Assembly: GCA_002419145.1 (NCBI GenBank)
Contig: DIFN01000081.1
Span: forward strand, 10,054-74,053
DNA length: 64,000 nucleotides
Reading direction: 5' to 3'
From: Mageeibacillus sp. UBA5747
GTDB lineage: Bacteria; Bacillota; Clostridia; Saccharofermentanales; UBA5734
Program-made: the position numbers and the translations under genes
Shown: one piece after another, positions 20,964-29,274 of the stretch
Position numbering within the stretch: position 1 is the first letter of the stretch
Layout: the number at the start of each line of letters is the position of its first letter
The notes under the pieces: model-generated
The model's input: only the letters and a program-made list of their open reading frames with translations
The model's database searches: none
Told to the model about the DNA's origin: nothing

Positions 20964-22259
20964 TTAATCAAATACTTTCGACAGCAAATCACCGATTATG
21001 TGGTGCAGCTTCTTGTCAAAGCCGAACTGGGTCATGATCTCTCTGGCAATCACCAGGATGACCGGTCCGATCAGAACACCGCCCAAGCCATAGACAGCCA
21101 CGCCAACAATCATGGAAAACAAAGTGGCCATCGGATGCAGGCGCAGGGCATTGCCAAGGATCGGAGGCTCAATAAAGCGCCGGATGATTGAGACCGCCAG
21201 GAACGTGATCAGGGCACCAATGCCGCCCAGGAAATTGGCGTTGATGAACTGGTAGATTGCGATCGGAATCATGGTCGCGCTGATACCCAGGACCGGCAGG
21301 AAATCGACAATGGCAGCCAGCAGAGCGAAGACAACCGCGTAAGGCATGTCGATCAGGATCAGTCCGACCAGCACCATGGCAAAGGTGATGATCAACAGCA
21401 ACATGTAACCACCGATGACTCTGAACAATGTTTGCGACAAGATATTGAACAGGTTGACGGATTTGTTCAGGAAGGATTTGTTGTTCAGGCTGCGGTCCAG
21501 GAAGTGGTAGAGGTTGGCACTGTCAGAGATAAAATAATAACCGGACAGCAGAATGACGATGATGGCCAGGAAAATGGCCGGCAAATGACCGACAAAAGAA
21601 CCCAGGCCGTTGAGTAGCGTAGTGGCCAGCCTCGGGATCGCATCAACCAGACCTGTCTGCCACTCGACCAGGGACTGCTGGATCATGATCAGCGTCTGCT
21701 CATCGACAAAGCCGAACAGATTTGCCAAGTGCCGCATCTGTTCGGTAACGACTGTGGCGATATCCGTCTGATAGAGCAACTGGGGAACGTAGGTGGCCAG
21801 CTCGCGCAACTGGGTGATGCTGATGAAGATGATCCCGGCAACCAGGGCAATCAGGGCGATGACCAGAATGATGTAGATGGCAATGGCCCAGCGGATGTTC
21901 AAAAGTGCGGCCGGTGTTGAACTGGGAGCTTCTGGATCTGCGGGCGGGACACGATCTGGGCCAGATTCCGCTGTTTCCGATGTCAAGGAGGAGTGATCTG
22001 TGGTTTGCGATTGAGATTCAAGTGACGTGCCAGCCTCTGGGGATGGGGCTTGCGCGGCCGGGGACTTGGGCGGGTGGATCCGGTTGGCCAGGGAAATGGA
22101 GCTGCGGGCCAGGACGAGGCCAGCGACAAAAGGCAAGAGCAGGATAAAGAGGCGAAAGCTCAGGTAGACTAGGGCGATCACCAGGGCTGTGATCAGCAAA
22201 TATTTGATAATGGCGATGATCGTAGCCAAATCACGTTTGGCTTTGGCGTTCTCTGGCAT
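20964..22259 (-). CDS. AI-2E family transporter (PerM-like permease) with a Ser/Pro/Thr-rich insert
   Basis: Multiple TM segments and a C-terminal FIEPPILGN-type motif typical of AI-2E/UPF0118. A low-complexity loop lies between the early TM helices. Confidence 0.85.
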   Translation of the reverse strand: MPENAKAKRDLATIIAIIKYLLITALVIALVYLSFRLFILLLPFVAGLVLARSSISLANRIHPPKSPAAQAPSPEAGTSLESQSQTTDHSSLTSETAESGPDRVPPADPEAPSSTPAALLNIRWAIAIYIILVIALIALVAGIIFISITQLRELATYVPQLLYQTDIATVVTEQMRHLANLFGFVDEQTLIMIQQSLVEWQTGLVDAIPRLATTLLNGLGSFVGHLPAIFLAIIVILLSGYYFISDSANLYHFLDRSLNNKSFLNKSVNLFNILSQTLFRVIGGYMLLLIITFAMVLVGLILIDMPYAVVFALLAAIVDFLPVLGISATMIPIAIYQFINANFLGGIGALITFLAVSIIRRFIEPPILGNALRLHPMATLFSMIVGVAVYGLGGVLIGPVILVIAREIMTQFGFDKKLHHIIGDLLSKVFD

Positions 22260-22293
22260 GCGTACCCCCCCTTGAAGCTCTGGTGGCGTTTTT

Positions 22294-23244
22294 TCAGACG
22301 GCTTGGTAGTATGTCACTCCAATTGTAACAAGAAGCAGCAGCAAAGCCAATGCAAACAGCAGTCCGCCGAGTAAAGATGGGTGCTCAGAGGAACTGGCTG
22401 CAGCTCCGGCAGGCAGTCGTGTCTGCAGGCGCCCCAGCAGAGCCAGCAAAGGGATGAGCGCAACCGCGGCAATGAAGGTGGCGATCAGGGAGGCATAGAA
22501 AATGGACTGTGTGGAATGGGTGGGGAGATTGAGGTATTGAGCGGTCAGGCGTGGTAAGAGCGGCGTGAGCAGGAGCATGGTCAGATTGAGCGAGGCATGC
22601 GCAAGGATACTGGGCAGCAGGCTGCCGCCGCGGGTGCGCAGCAGCCCGAGCAGCAGCCCGGCCAGAAAAGGCGAAACGAGGAAGAAGGGATCGTTGTGGA
22701 AGAGGGCAAACGCAACGGCTTGCCAGAAAATGGCTAGTCCTGGTGCTATCTGAGAACTCAGGCTGCTCAGGATGACGCCGCGGAACATCAGTTCTTCAAT
22801 CAGGGCAGGTGCGAGGACGCGGATCACAATCAGAGTACCAATGACTGGCCAAGTCTGCTGCCAGAGATCAGTCAGATAGGCATCCTGATGGTCTAGCCAG
22901 GGTAGGCGCCAGCCCAGACGCACCATGAAATAGACCGAAAGGTTATTGAGTCCATGGAAAACAACAGCAGCCGGTACCCCGATAACCGTGGCCAGGATCA
23001 GACTGCCATCACGCGACCTGCCGCCGAAAATTTCCTGGGCTGGCATGTGATCCATGAAGATGATGACTAAAGTTGGCACCAGGATCAGGCCGCCTTGCAT
23101 CAGGACCGCCCGGCTGACGATCCCCTTGAGGGTACCCTCGGTCAGCCAGCTCAACCATTCAGGCTGGGCTCTGGCTGCTAGTTGCAGTGCCAAAGTCAGG
23201 ACTGTGTGGATGATCAGAAGCGTCCCAGCGGCGGCGCGGTTCAT
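22294..23244 (-). CDS. CPBP family intramembrane glutamic endopeptidase (Abi/CAAX-like)
   Basis: EELMFRG, FALFH and HASLN motifs. Start chosen at the ATG at 23244, which forms an ATGA overlap with the upstream gene's stop. The 240-nt upstream extension of the ORF overlaps that gene and is rejected. Confidence 0.75.
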   Translation of the reverse strand: MNRAAAGTLLIIHTVLTLALQLAARAQPEWLSWLTEGTLKGIVSRAVLMQGGLILVPTLVIIFMDHMPAQEIFGGRSRDGSLILATVIGVPAAVVFHGLNNLSVYFMVRLGWRLPWLDHQDAYLTDLWQQTWPVIGTLIVIRVLAPALIEELMFRGVILSSLSSQIAPGLAIFWQAVAFALFHNDPFFLVSPFLAGLLLGLLRTRGGSLLPSILAHASLNLTMLLLTPLLPRLTAQYLNLPTHSTQSIFYASLIATFIAAVALIPLLALLGRLQTRLPAGAAASSSEHPSLLGGLLFALALLLLLVTIGVTYYQAV

Positions 23245-23996
23245 TGGAACTGGCCCAGGTAGAAGTGCCAGAACCGGAAAATTTCCGGCTCGAAGAGCCA
23301 GACCAGCCAAGTGGCCACGACAATAAAGGGCCCGAAGGCCAGGGCCCCGTCCGGCTCGTCTTCTGAAGGTTTGCGGGGAGCATACTTTTTGACCAGCAAT
23401 GGGATGGCAAAGAAAGAGGCGGTCAAGAACGACAGGAAAATGAGGCTTATTGCCAGCCGGTAGTCGAGCATCCAGACACAAGGGACGATCAGTTTGATAT
23501 CGCCCATACCCATGGCATCCTGGCCAGCGATTCGACTGCCGATCCAGGCGATCAGGAAAAACAGGACCCCGGCCAGGACTCCGGCCAGGAAACGAAAACC
23601 CAGCTCAGCAAAAGTCCAGCCATGCATCCAGGTCTGGATCGAAGAATGAATAAGCGCCAGGATCGCCAGACCAGCCGACAGTGGATCAGGGATGATCCGG
23701 GTTTTCCAGTCAGCGATCAGGATCAACATCATCAGGAAACTGGCCAGCACATAAGGGATATAGAGGACCAAGGGCTGGATGCGCAGCCAGCCGAATTGGA
23801 CCAGGCCAGCAGACAGGGCGCTGAGGAAAAGTCCGTCCGGCAGGAAGGGACTGCGCAACTGTGGACCCAATTCAGGGGGAATTGCGGTTTCACCATATTC
23901 GACCAGCCAGGCTGATGGCAGCCGACGATAGGTCAGCCAGACCAGAAAACCCAGAAAACATCCCGGAATGAGCAGCAGGAAATCTTGCACATGCAT
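23241..23996 (-). CDS. A24 family prepilin peptidase (peptidase domain only, 251 aa)
   Basis: Polytopic membrane protein with a GMGDIKL aspartyl-protease motif and a second conserved Asp region. There is no N-terminal methyltransferase domain. Confidence 0.8.
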   Translation of the reverse strand: MHVQDFLLLIPGCFLGFLVWLTYRRLPSAWLVEYGETAIPPELGPQLRSPFLPDGLFLSALSAGLVQFGWLRIQPLVLYIPYVLASFLMMLILIADWKTRIIPDPLSAGLAILALIHSSIQTWMHGWTFAELGFRFLAGVLAGVLFFLIAWIGSRIAGQDAMGMGDIKLIVPCVWMLDYRLAISLIFLSFLTASFFAIPLLVKKYAPRKPSEDEPDGALAFGPFIVVATWLVWLFEPEIFRFWHFYLGQFQ

Positions 23997-24070
23997 GACA
24001 ATGACACCTCGATGTTTCTATCTTAAGCGATCAGGACCTGAACACACAATCCGTAAATATTTTCAAAGCA

Positions 24071-24086
24071 TGTTAATCGATTGACA
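24071..24086. promoter_or_regulatory. 16-bp near-palindrome TGTTAATCGATTGACA, a candidate LacI-family/CcpA-like operator upstream of glgP
   Basis: The half-sites TGTTAAT/ATTGACA are reverse complements except at one position, with a central CG. The site overlaps a run of three TTGAC repeats in the glgP promoter region. Confidence 0.35.
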
Positions 24087-24093
24087 GATTCGA

Positions 24094-24123
24094 TTGACGT
24101 TTTTTGACGACAAGGCTTATAAT
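24094..24123 (+). promoter_or_regulatory. Candidate glgP promoter: TTGACG, 18-nt spacer, TATAAT
   Basis: TTGACG at 24094-24099 and TATAAT at 24118-24123, 68 nt upstream of the TTG start, which is preceded by AGGAGG. Confidence 0.4.
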
Positions 24124-24190
24124 GGGCCGTGTTATAAAGACTGCCAATGAACCGATCCGATCATTTTCGATCATTTAGGAGGACATTCCA

Positions 24191-26566
24191 TTGACGACTG
24201 TCGAACAGGTTAAAGATAAAATTATCAACCATTTGCGTTCTGAATTTGCTCACCAGCCGGATACGGCCAGTCAGTTCGAGTTCTGGACAGCTTTATCCAA
24301 GACGGTGGTCGAATTGCTCGCTGACCGTTGGGAGGCGTCCATTAGACAATATACCATGCACAAACAGGCCCACTATTTTTCGGCCGAGTTTCTCGAAGGC
24401 CGTTCTCTGGTTAACAATCTGGTCAATCTTGGCCTTTATGAAACGGTCCGTGAAGCCGTAGCCGGACTGGGTTTTGACTTGACCACACTGGAAGATCAGG
24501 AAAATGATGCCGCCCTCGGCAACGGTGGCCTGGGGCGCCTGGCTGCCTGTTTTCTGGATTCCTGTGCCACGCAGAACCTGCCCGTGACCGGCTATGGCAT
24601 CCTCTACCGATACGGCCTGTTTCGCCAGTCAATCGAAAATGGCTTCCAGAAAGAATATCCGGATGCCTGGATGGAGCGTGGCTATCCCTTCATCGTGCGC
24701 CGTGATGAAGAGAAGATTCTGGTCCACTACAAGGACATGGATGTCTTTGCAGTCCCTTATGACATGCCGATCACAGGTTTTGGCACCGACAACATCAACA
24801 CCCTCCGCCTGTGGCGTGCCGAGCCTGCGGAAGAGTTCGACTTCAATTTGTTCAATTCCCAGCGCTTTGATGATGCGGTGCTGCACCGGAACCGGGTCAA
24901 TGACATCTACCGTGTCCTGTACCCGAATGATACCTCCTATGACGGCAAAGTCCTGCGCGTCCGCCAGCAATATTTCTTCGTCTCAGCTTCGCTGCAGAGC
25001 ATCATTCGCGAACATCTGAAAACACATGACGGTAATTTGAAGAACTTTGCCGAATGGCACAGCATCCAGCTCAATGACACCCACCCGGTCGTGGGTATTC
25101 CGGAACTGATGCGCCTTTTGATGGATGAGCATGGCATGGGCTGGGATGAAGCCTGGGCCATCACTTCGAAAACTTTTGCTTACACCAACCACACTGTTAT
25201 GGCAGAAGCTCTGGAAAAATGGGATATCAGCATCTTCCAGTTCCTGTTTCCACGTATCATGGAAATTATCAGCCACATCGACTATCTCTTCCGCCAGGAT
25301 ATGCAGGCTCGCGGCATGCAATACGACCGGATCAACTACCTGGCCCCGCTCGGTGATGGCAAGATTCGCATGGCCTGGCTGGCCTGCTATGGTTCATTCT
25401 CGATCAATGGGGTCGCCGCCCTGCATACTCAGATCCTCAAGACGGAAACCCTGCGTGATTTCTACGAGATCTGGCCGGAAAAATTCAGCAACAAAACCAA
25501 CGGGGTCACGCCCCGCCGCTGGCTGAGGACCTGCAATCCCGAACTGGCTGGATTGCTGACGGAGCTTTCCGGAACCGAATCTTGGGTCACTCATCTCGAG
25601 ACCCTCAAGAATTTGGAGACATACACAGCTGACACCTCGGTCATGAACCGCTTCCTGGATATCAAACGCCAGCGGAAAGTGAAACTGGCTGATTTCATTG
25701 CAAAAAATGAAGGCGTCAAGATCGATCCGGATTCGATTTTCGATGTGCAGATCAAGCGCCTCCACGAATACAAACGCCAGTTGCTCAATGCACTGGAGAT
25801 CTTGGACACGTATTTCCAGATCAAGGACAACCCGGCAGCAGATATCCATCCCAGGACGTACATTTTTGCAGCTAAAGCGGCACCAGGCTATTTCAGAGCC
25901 AAGGCGACGATCAAGTTCATCAATGAAATCGCCCGCCTGGTCAACCATGATCCGGATGTCAAAGACAAAATCAAAGTCGTCTTCGTTGCCAACTACAATG
26001 TCTCCCGCGCCGAGATGATTTTCCCAGCCTCTGATCTCTCTGAGCAGATTTCGACGGTCGGCCTGGAGGCATCCGGAACCGGCAACATGAAGTTCATGAT
26101 GAATGGTGCCCTGACGATTGGCACATATGATGGAGCCAATATCGAGATTGCCGGCGCCGTTGGACCAGAGAATTGCTTCATTTTCGGCCAGAAGGTCGAG
26201 GATTTCCACGCGACTAAAGGCAACTACAATCCACAGTGGCAGTACAATAATATTCCCGGTCTCAAGCGCTGCGTCGATACCCTGATCAATGGCACGTTCA
26301 GTGACGAGGGCACCGGCATGTTCCAGGACCTCTACAATGGTCTGCTTTATGGCTCCAACTGGCAGCCAGCCGATCCGTTCTATGTTCTGGGAGACTTCGA
26401 CGATTACCGCAAAGCACGCCAGCACACCGACCGCGTCTATCGCGACCGCCTCGACTGGGCTCGCAAATGCTGGGTCAATATCGTCCGCAGCGGTTTCTTC
26501 AGCTCTGACCGCACCATCCACGACTACGCCAGCGAAATCTGGAAAGTGGAAAGCGCCAAGATCTGA
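24191..26566 (+). CDS. glgP: Glycogen/maltodextrin phosphorylase
   Basis: 791 aa with AALGNGGLGRLAACFLDS, the EASGTGNMKFMMNGA PLP-lysine motif and a typical GT35 length. Confidence 0.95.
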   Translation: MTTVEQVKDKIINHLRSEFAHQPDTASQFEFWTALSKTVVELLADRWEASIRQYTMHKQAHYFSAEFLEGRSLVNNLVNLGLYETVREAVAGLGFDLTTLEDQENDAALGNGGLGRLAACFLDSCATQNLPVTGYGILYRYGLFRQSIENGFQKEYPDAWMERGYPFIVRRDEEKILVHYKDMDVFAVPYDMPITGFGTDNINTLRLWRAEPAEEFDFNLFNSQRFDDAVLHRNRVNDIYRVLYPNDTSYDGKVLRVRQQYFFVSASLQSIIREHLKTHDGNLKNFAEWHSIQLNDTHPVVGIPELMRLLMDEHGMGWDEAWAITSKTFAYTNHTVMAEALEKWDISIFQFLFPRIMEIISHIDYLFRQDMQARGMQYDRINYLAPLGDGKIRMAWLACYGSFSINGVAALHTQILKTETLRDFYEIWPEKFSNKTNGVTPRRWLRTCNPELAGLLTELSGTESWVTHLETLKNLETYTADTSVMNRFLDIKRQRKVKLADFIAKNEGVKIDPDSIFDVQIKRLHEYKRQLLNALEILDTYFQIKDNPAADIHPRTYIFAAKAAPGYFRAKATIKFINEIARLVNHDPDVKDKIKVVFVANYNVSRAEMIFPASDLSEQISTVGLEASGTGNMKFMMNGALTIGTYDGANIEIAGAVGPENCFIFGQKVEDFHATKGNYNPQWQYNNIPGLKRCVDTLINGTFSDEGTGMFQDLYNGLLYGSNWQPADPFYVLGDFDDYRKARQHTDRVYRDRLDWARKCWVNIVRSGFFSSDRTIHDYASEIWKVESAKI

Positions 26567-26592
26567 CCTCAGAAGACACGATTTTAGCTAGC

Positions 26593-26634
26593 AAAGTCCA
26601 CTTTTGTGCTTCGTGCCAAGAGTGGACTTTTTTC
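26593..26634 (+). terminator. Rho-independent terminator after glgP
   Basis: AAAGTCCACT...AGTGGACTTT is a 10-bp stem followed by TTTT. Confidence 0.7.
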
Positions 26635-26772
26635 TGCCACAACAAAGCAGGCCATGCATGTTCTCATCGGCGCGAACTATGCCATCTCGGAAGCCATCCA
26701 GGCGCACATCTCCATGAGCAGCAGGCAAACGAAAAACCTGCTAAACTGAAAGTCAACGAGGAGCAATCTCAA

Positions 26773-27309
26773 TTGAACAGGTGGCTATCTTTTGATCAAA
26801 ATCTGCTGCTGGCGATCCACCGGCAGCTGCAAAACCCGATTCTTGATGCAGTCATGGTCTTTTTCACGACGATCGGGGACTATGGCCTGGTCTGGATCAG
26901 TCTGTCGCTGGCTTTGCTGGCGTTTCCCAGGACCCGCTCGACCGGACTGGTCAGTTTGCTGGCGCTCGCCATCGGTACGCTCGCCGGGGATGTGGTCTTG
27001 AAGCCCCTGATCCAACGCGCCCGACCTTTTGTCGACTTGCCCCATCTTCACTTGCTGATCCCTAAGCCAGGTTCCTACTCTTTCCCATCGGGTCATACGA
27101 CAGCATCTTTTGCTGCCGCCACCGTCCTGGGGCATGATTTGCGGCGCTTGGCCCCGGTGATCTGGACCGTTGCCGGCCTGATTGCTTTTTCCAGACTCTA
27201 TCTGCTGGTCCATTACCCGACCGACGTCCTTGCCGGCATCGTCCTTGGCCTCAGCAGTGGCTATCTCACCCTCAAACTGGCCCGGCGCAGAGTAAAAGCG
27301 CACCTGTAA
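26773..27309 (+). CDS. PAP2 superfamily phosphatase (undecaprenyl-diphosphatase/lipid phosphatase-like)
   Basis: The three PAP2 motifs KPLIQRARP, PSGH and SRLYLLVHYPTD, in a polytopic membrane protein. TTG start. Confidence 0.85.
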   Translation: MNRWLSFDQNLLLAIHRQLQNPILDAVMVFFTTIGDYGLVWISLSLALLAFPRTRSTGLVSLLALAIGTLAGDVVLKPLIQRARPFVDLPHLHLLIPKPGSYSFPSGHTTASFAAATVLGHDLRRLAPVIWTVAGLIAFSRLYLLVHYPTDVLAGIVLGLSSGYLTLKLARRRVKAHL

Positions 27310-27341
27310 CTGGTTCAAGCCACCACTGCCCAGAACAGCTC

Positions 27342-28421
27342 TTACTCTTTGCTGCTGCGAATCCAGCGGATGGACCTGGCTTTTCTGAACAGGCGCGAGG
27401 GCAGGCTGAATAGGCTGAGCTCTGGTTCGGCAGCCTCAGGCTCCGGGGGCTGGGCCAGCAGATTGATCCGGTGATGGACATGGCGCATCAGGTGCTGGCG
27501 GCTGCGGACGGACAGCTTGTTCATCTGCAGGGTGATGGCTAAAAACAGTTGCGCTTCAACCGTGCGCAGGAATGTGCGATAGGGGCGTTTCCACGCTATC
27601 CATAGGTTCTGATCCCAGATGAAATGGCGGATAATGTCGACTGCGTTCAGATAGTCATTGACATTCTTGATGCCAAAACTGCCGGTGATGCCGGTGCTGC
27701 GCAGGCAGTAATGGTAGACCGGCTTTTGCTGGATCGCGACCCGCTCAGCTTTGATCAGCAGGCGCGAGGTGGTGGCAACATCCTCATAATAGATCGAGGG
27801 GTAGGAGATGTTGTGCTCGACAAACAGCTCCCGGCGATAGAGCTTATTCCAGGCATAAGCGGGCATGCGCAGCAAGGCCAACGACATCTGGGCAGCTTCT
27901 TCGCCGGAGAGATATTTATGCATGGTCAACATCCGGAAAGGAATCTTGATCCCGCCGCGGGGGAAATCGATGTAGAAATTGACCATGACGATGTCGGCCT
28001 GGCGCTCCTCGGCCAAGTCCACCATGCTGCTGATAAAATCAGGTTCGACGTAATCGTCCGAATCGACCAGGGCGATGTATTTGCCGGTGGCGAGGGCGAT
28101 GCCATTGTTGCGGGCCGCTGACAGTCCCTGGTTTTCCTGCCAGAGTGAGCGGAAAATCGGATAACGGGCCTCATAGCGGCGTATGATGTTGCCGCAGCCG
28201 TCGGGCGAGCCATCATTGACCAGAATCACTTCCAGGGGCCGGTAGTCTTGAGCCACCAGCGAATCCAGGCAACGTTCCAGGTATTTTTCAACTTTATAAA
28301 TAGGTACTACAATACTAACCAGCGGTCGTTCCATTACCATACCATCCTGACTTGATTTTCTAGACATCAAACCTTGACCCGTCGTCTTTGGCTGACGGGC
28401 TGCTAACAGTGTACCATTCAT
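27342..28421 (-). CDS. Family 2 glycosyltransferase (start codon uncertain; internal ATGs are possible)
   Basis: VSIVVPIYKVEKYLERCLDSLVAQDYRPLEVILVNDGSPDG and a downstream DSDD (DxD) motif. Confidence 0.85.
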   Translation of the reverse strand: MNGTLLAARQPKTTGQGLMSRKSSQDGMVMERPLVSIVVPIYKVEKYLERCLDSLVAQDYRPLEVILVNDGSPDGCGNIIRRYEARYPIFRSLWQENQGLSAARNNGIALATGKYIALVDSDDYVEPDFISSMVDLAEERQADIVMVNFYIDFPRGGIKIPFRMLTMHKYLSGEEAAQMSLALLRMPAYAWNKLYRRELFVEHNISYPSIYYEDVATTSRLLIKAERVAIQQKPVYHYCLRSTGITGSFGIKNVNDYLNAVDIIRHFIWDQNLWIAWKRPYRTFLRTVEAQLFLAITLQMNKLSVRSRQHLMRHVHHRINLLAQPPEPEAAEPELSLFSLPSRLFRKARSIRWIRSSKE

Positions 28422-28427
28422 TTCATG

Positions 28428-28469
28428 CCAGATCCTATCTATCTGGGTGATCAGATAGATAGGATCTGG
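28428..28469. repeat. Perfect 18-bp inverted repeat with a 6-nt spacer (CCAGATCCTATCTATCTG ggtgat CAGATAGATAGGATCTGG)
   Basis: Read directly from the sequence. It sits between the methyltransferase stop (28543) and the first ATG of the GT2 ORF (28421), both on the minus strand. Confidence 0.9.
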
Positions 28470-28542
28470 CTTTGTACGCGCGATGGCGTCGCACTCATTT
28501 AAAATGGTCCAGCTGCGTTCGCTGGATGTCCCTTGTTATCGA

Positions 28543-29133
28543 TCAGGCTTTCCTGAAAACGACGCAGTAGAGATTGGGTCCAAGGTCAAACTGATCAATG
28601 ACTGAAAAATCATGTGCTTCCATGAGGGCGATCACCACATCCTGGCCGAGACGCTCACTGGATGGCGGCCCCATAGGTGTGGCTTTGCCATGAAATTCGA
28701 TCACCGCCAGGCGACCGTCTGGCTTGAGCAAACGCTGGATTTCCCGGATGAATGGACCTTTTTGTGGGATTTCATGCAGGACGGTGGCAACCAAAGCCAA
28801 ATCCACGGAGTCATCCGGCACTGGCAAATGCTGGCCTTCGACTTTTCTCAGGTCAATGTTGGCAAGGTCAGCTGCTTTGGCCTTGGCTTGGACCGCTGCG
28901 ATCATGGCGGGATTGACATCCAGCGCGTAGACCGTCTGCTGAGTTATGTGTGCGGCCGGCAGGGTGAATAGTCCGCTGCCGGCCCCGATGTCACACAAGA
29001 CCTGGCCAGCCGTAAAACCAATTTTGGCTAATGTCGCAGCCGGATTTAGCTCGTGCACGCGTTCGGGGGTCTCAAGACGCTCGGGGCTGTGCTGGTGGAC
29101 ATGATGGTGAGCTGACGGTATGTTGCTTTCCAT
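28543..29133 (-). CDS. Class I SAM-dependent methyltransferase
   Basis: VLCDIGAGSGLFTL (motif I), a His-rich N-terminus and the LKPDGRLAVIEF motif. Start taken at the ATG at 29133 (MESNIPSAHHH). Confidence 0.8.
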   Translation of the reverse strand: MESNIPSAHHHVHQHSPERLETPERVHELNPAATLAKIGFTAGQVLCDIGAGSGLFTLPAAHITQQTVYALDVNPAMIAAVQAKAKAADLANIDLRKVEGQHLPVPDDSVDLALVATVLHEIPQKGPFIREIQRLLKPDGRLAVIEFHGKATPMGPPSSERLGQDVVIALMEAHDFSVIDQFDLGPNLYCVVFRKA

Positions 29134-29274
29134 GACAGTGAGTCCTTTCGAGGCTGGCTCGGTTCCTGAAAACAGGAAGTGCCGTATGTCTCTCCAGTAT
29201 AGGCAACTGTGCAGCAAGATGTGGTGCATCTGTTACCAAGACGGTGATCTGGTACCGAGACAGGGACGTGGCAC

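Noticed and set aside
23245-23481. N-terminal 79-aa extension of the CPBP ORF
   Set aside because: It overlaps the 3' end of the A24 peptidase gene by 240 nt in another frame and has an Arg/Cys/Pro-rich sequence. An internal ATG at 23244 gives a clean ATGA stop-start junction.
25394-26521. 375-aa ORF antisense to glgP
   Set aside because: It is a shadow ORF inside a clearly identified GT35 phosphorylase gene. It has no motifs, and its Asp/Gly/Ile-biased composition mirrors the codons of the sense strand.
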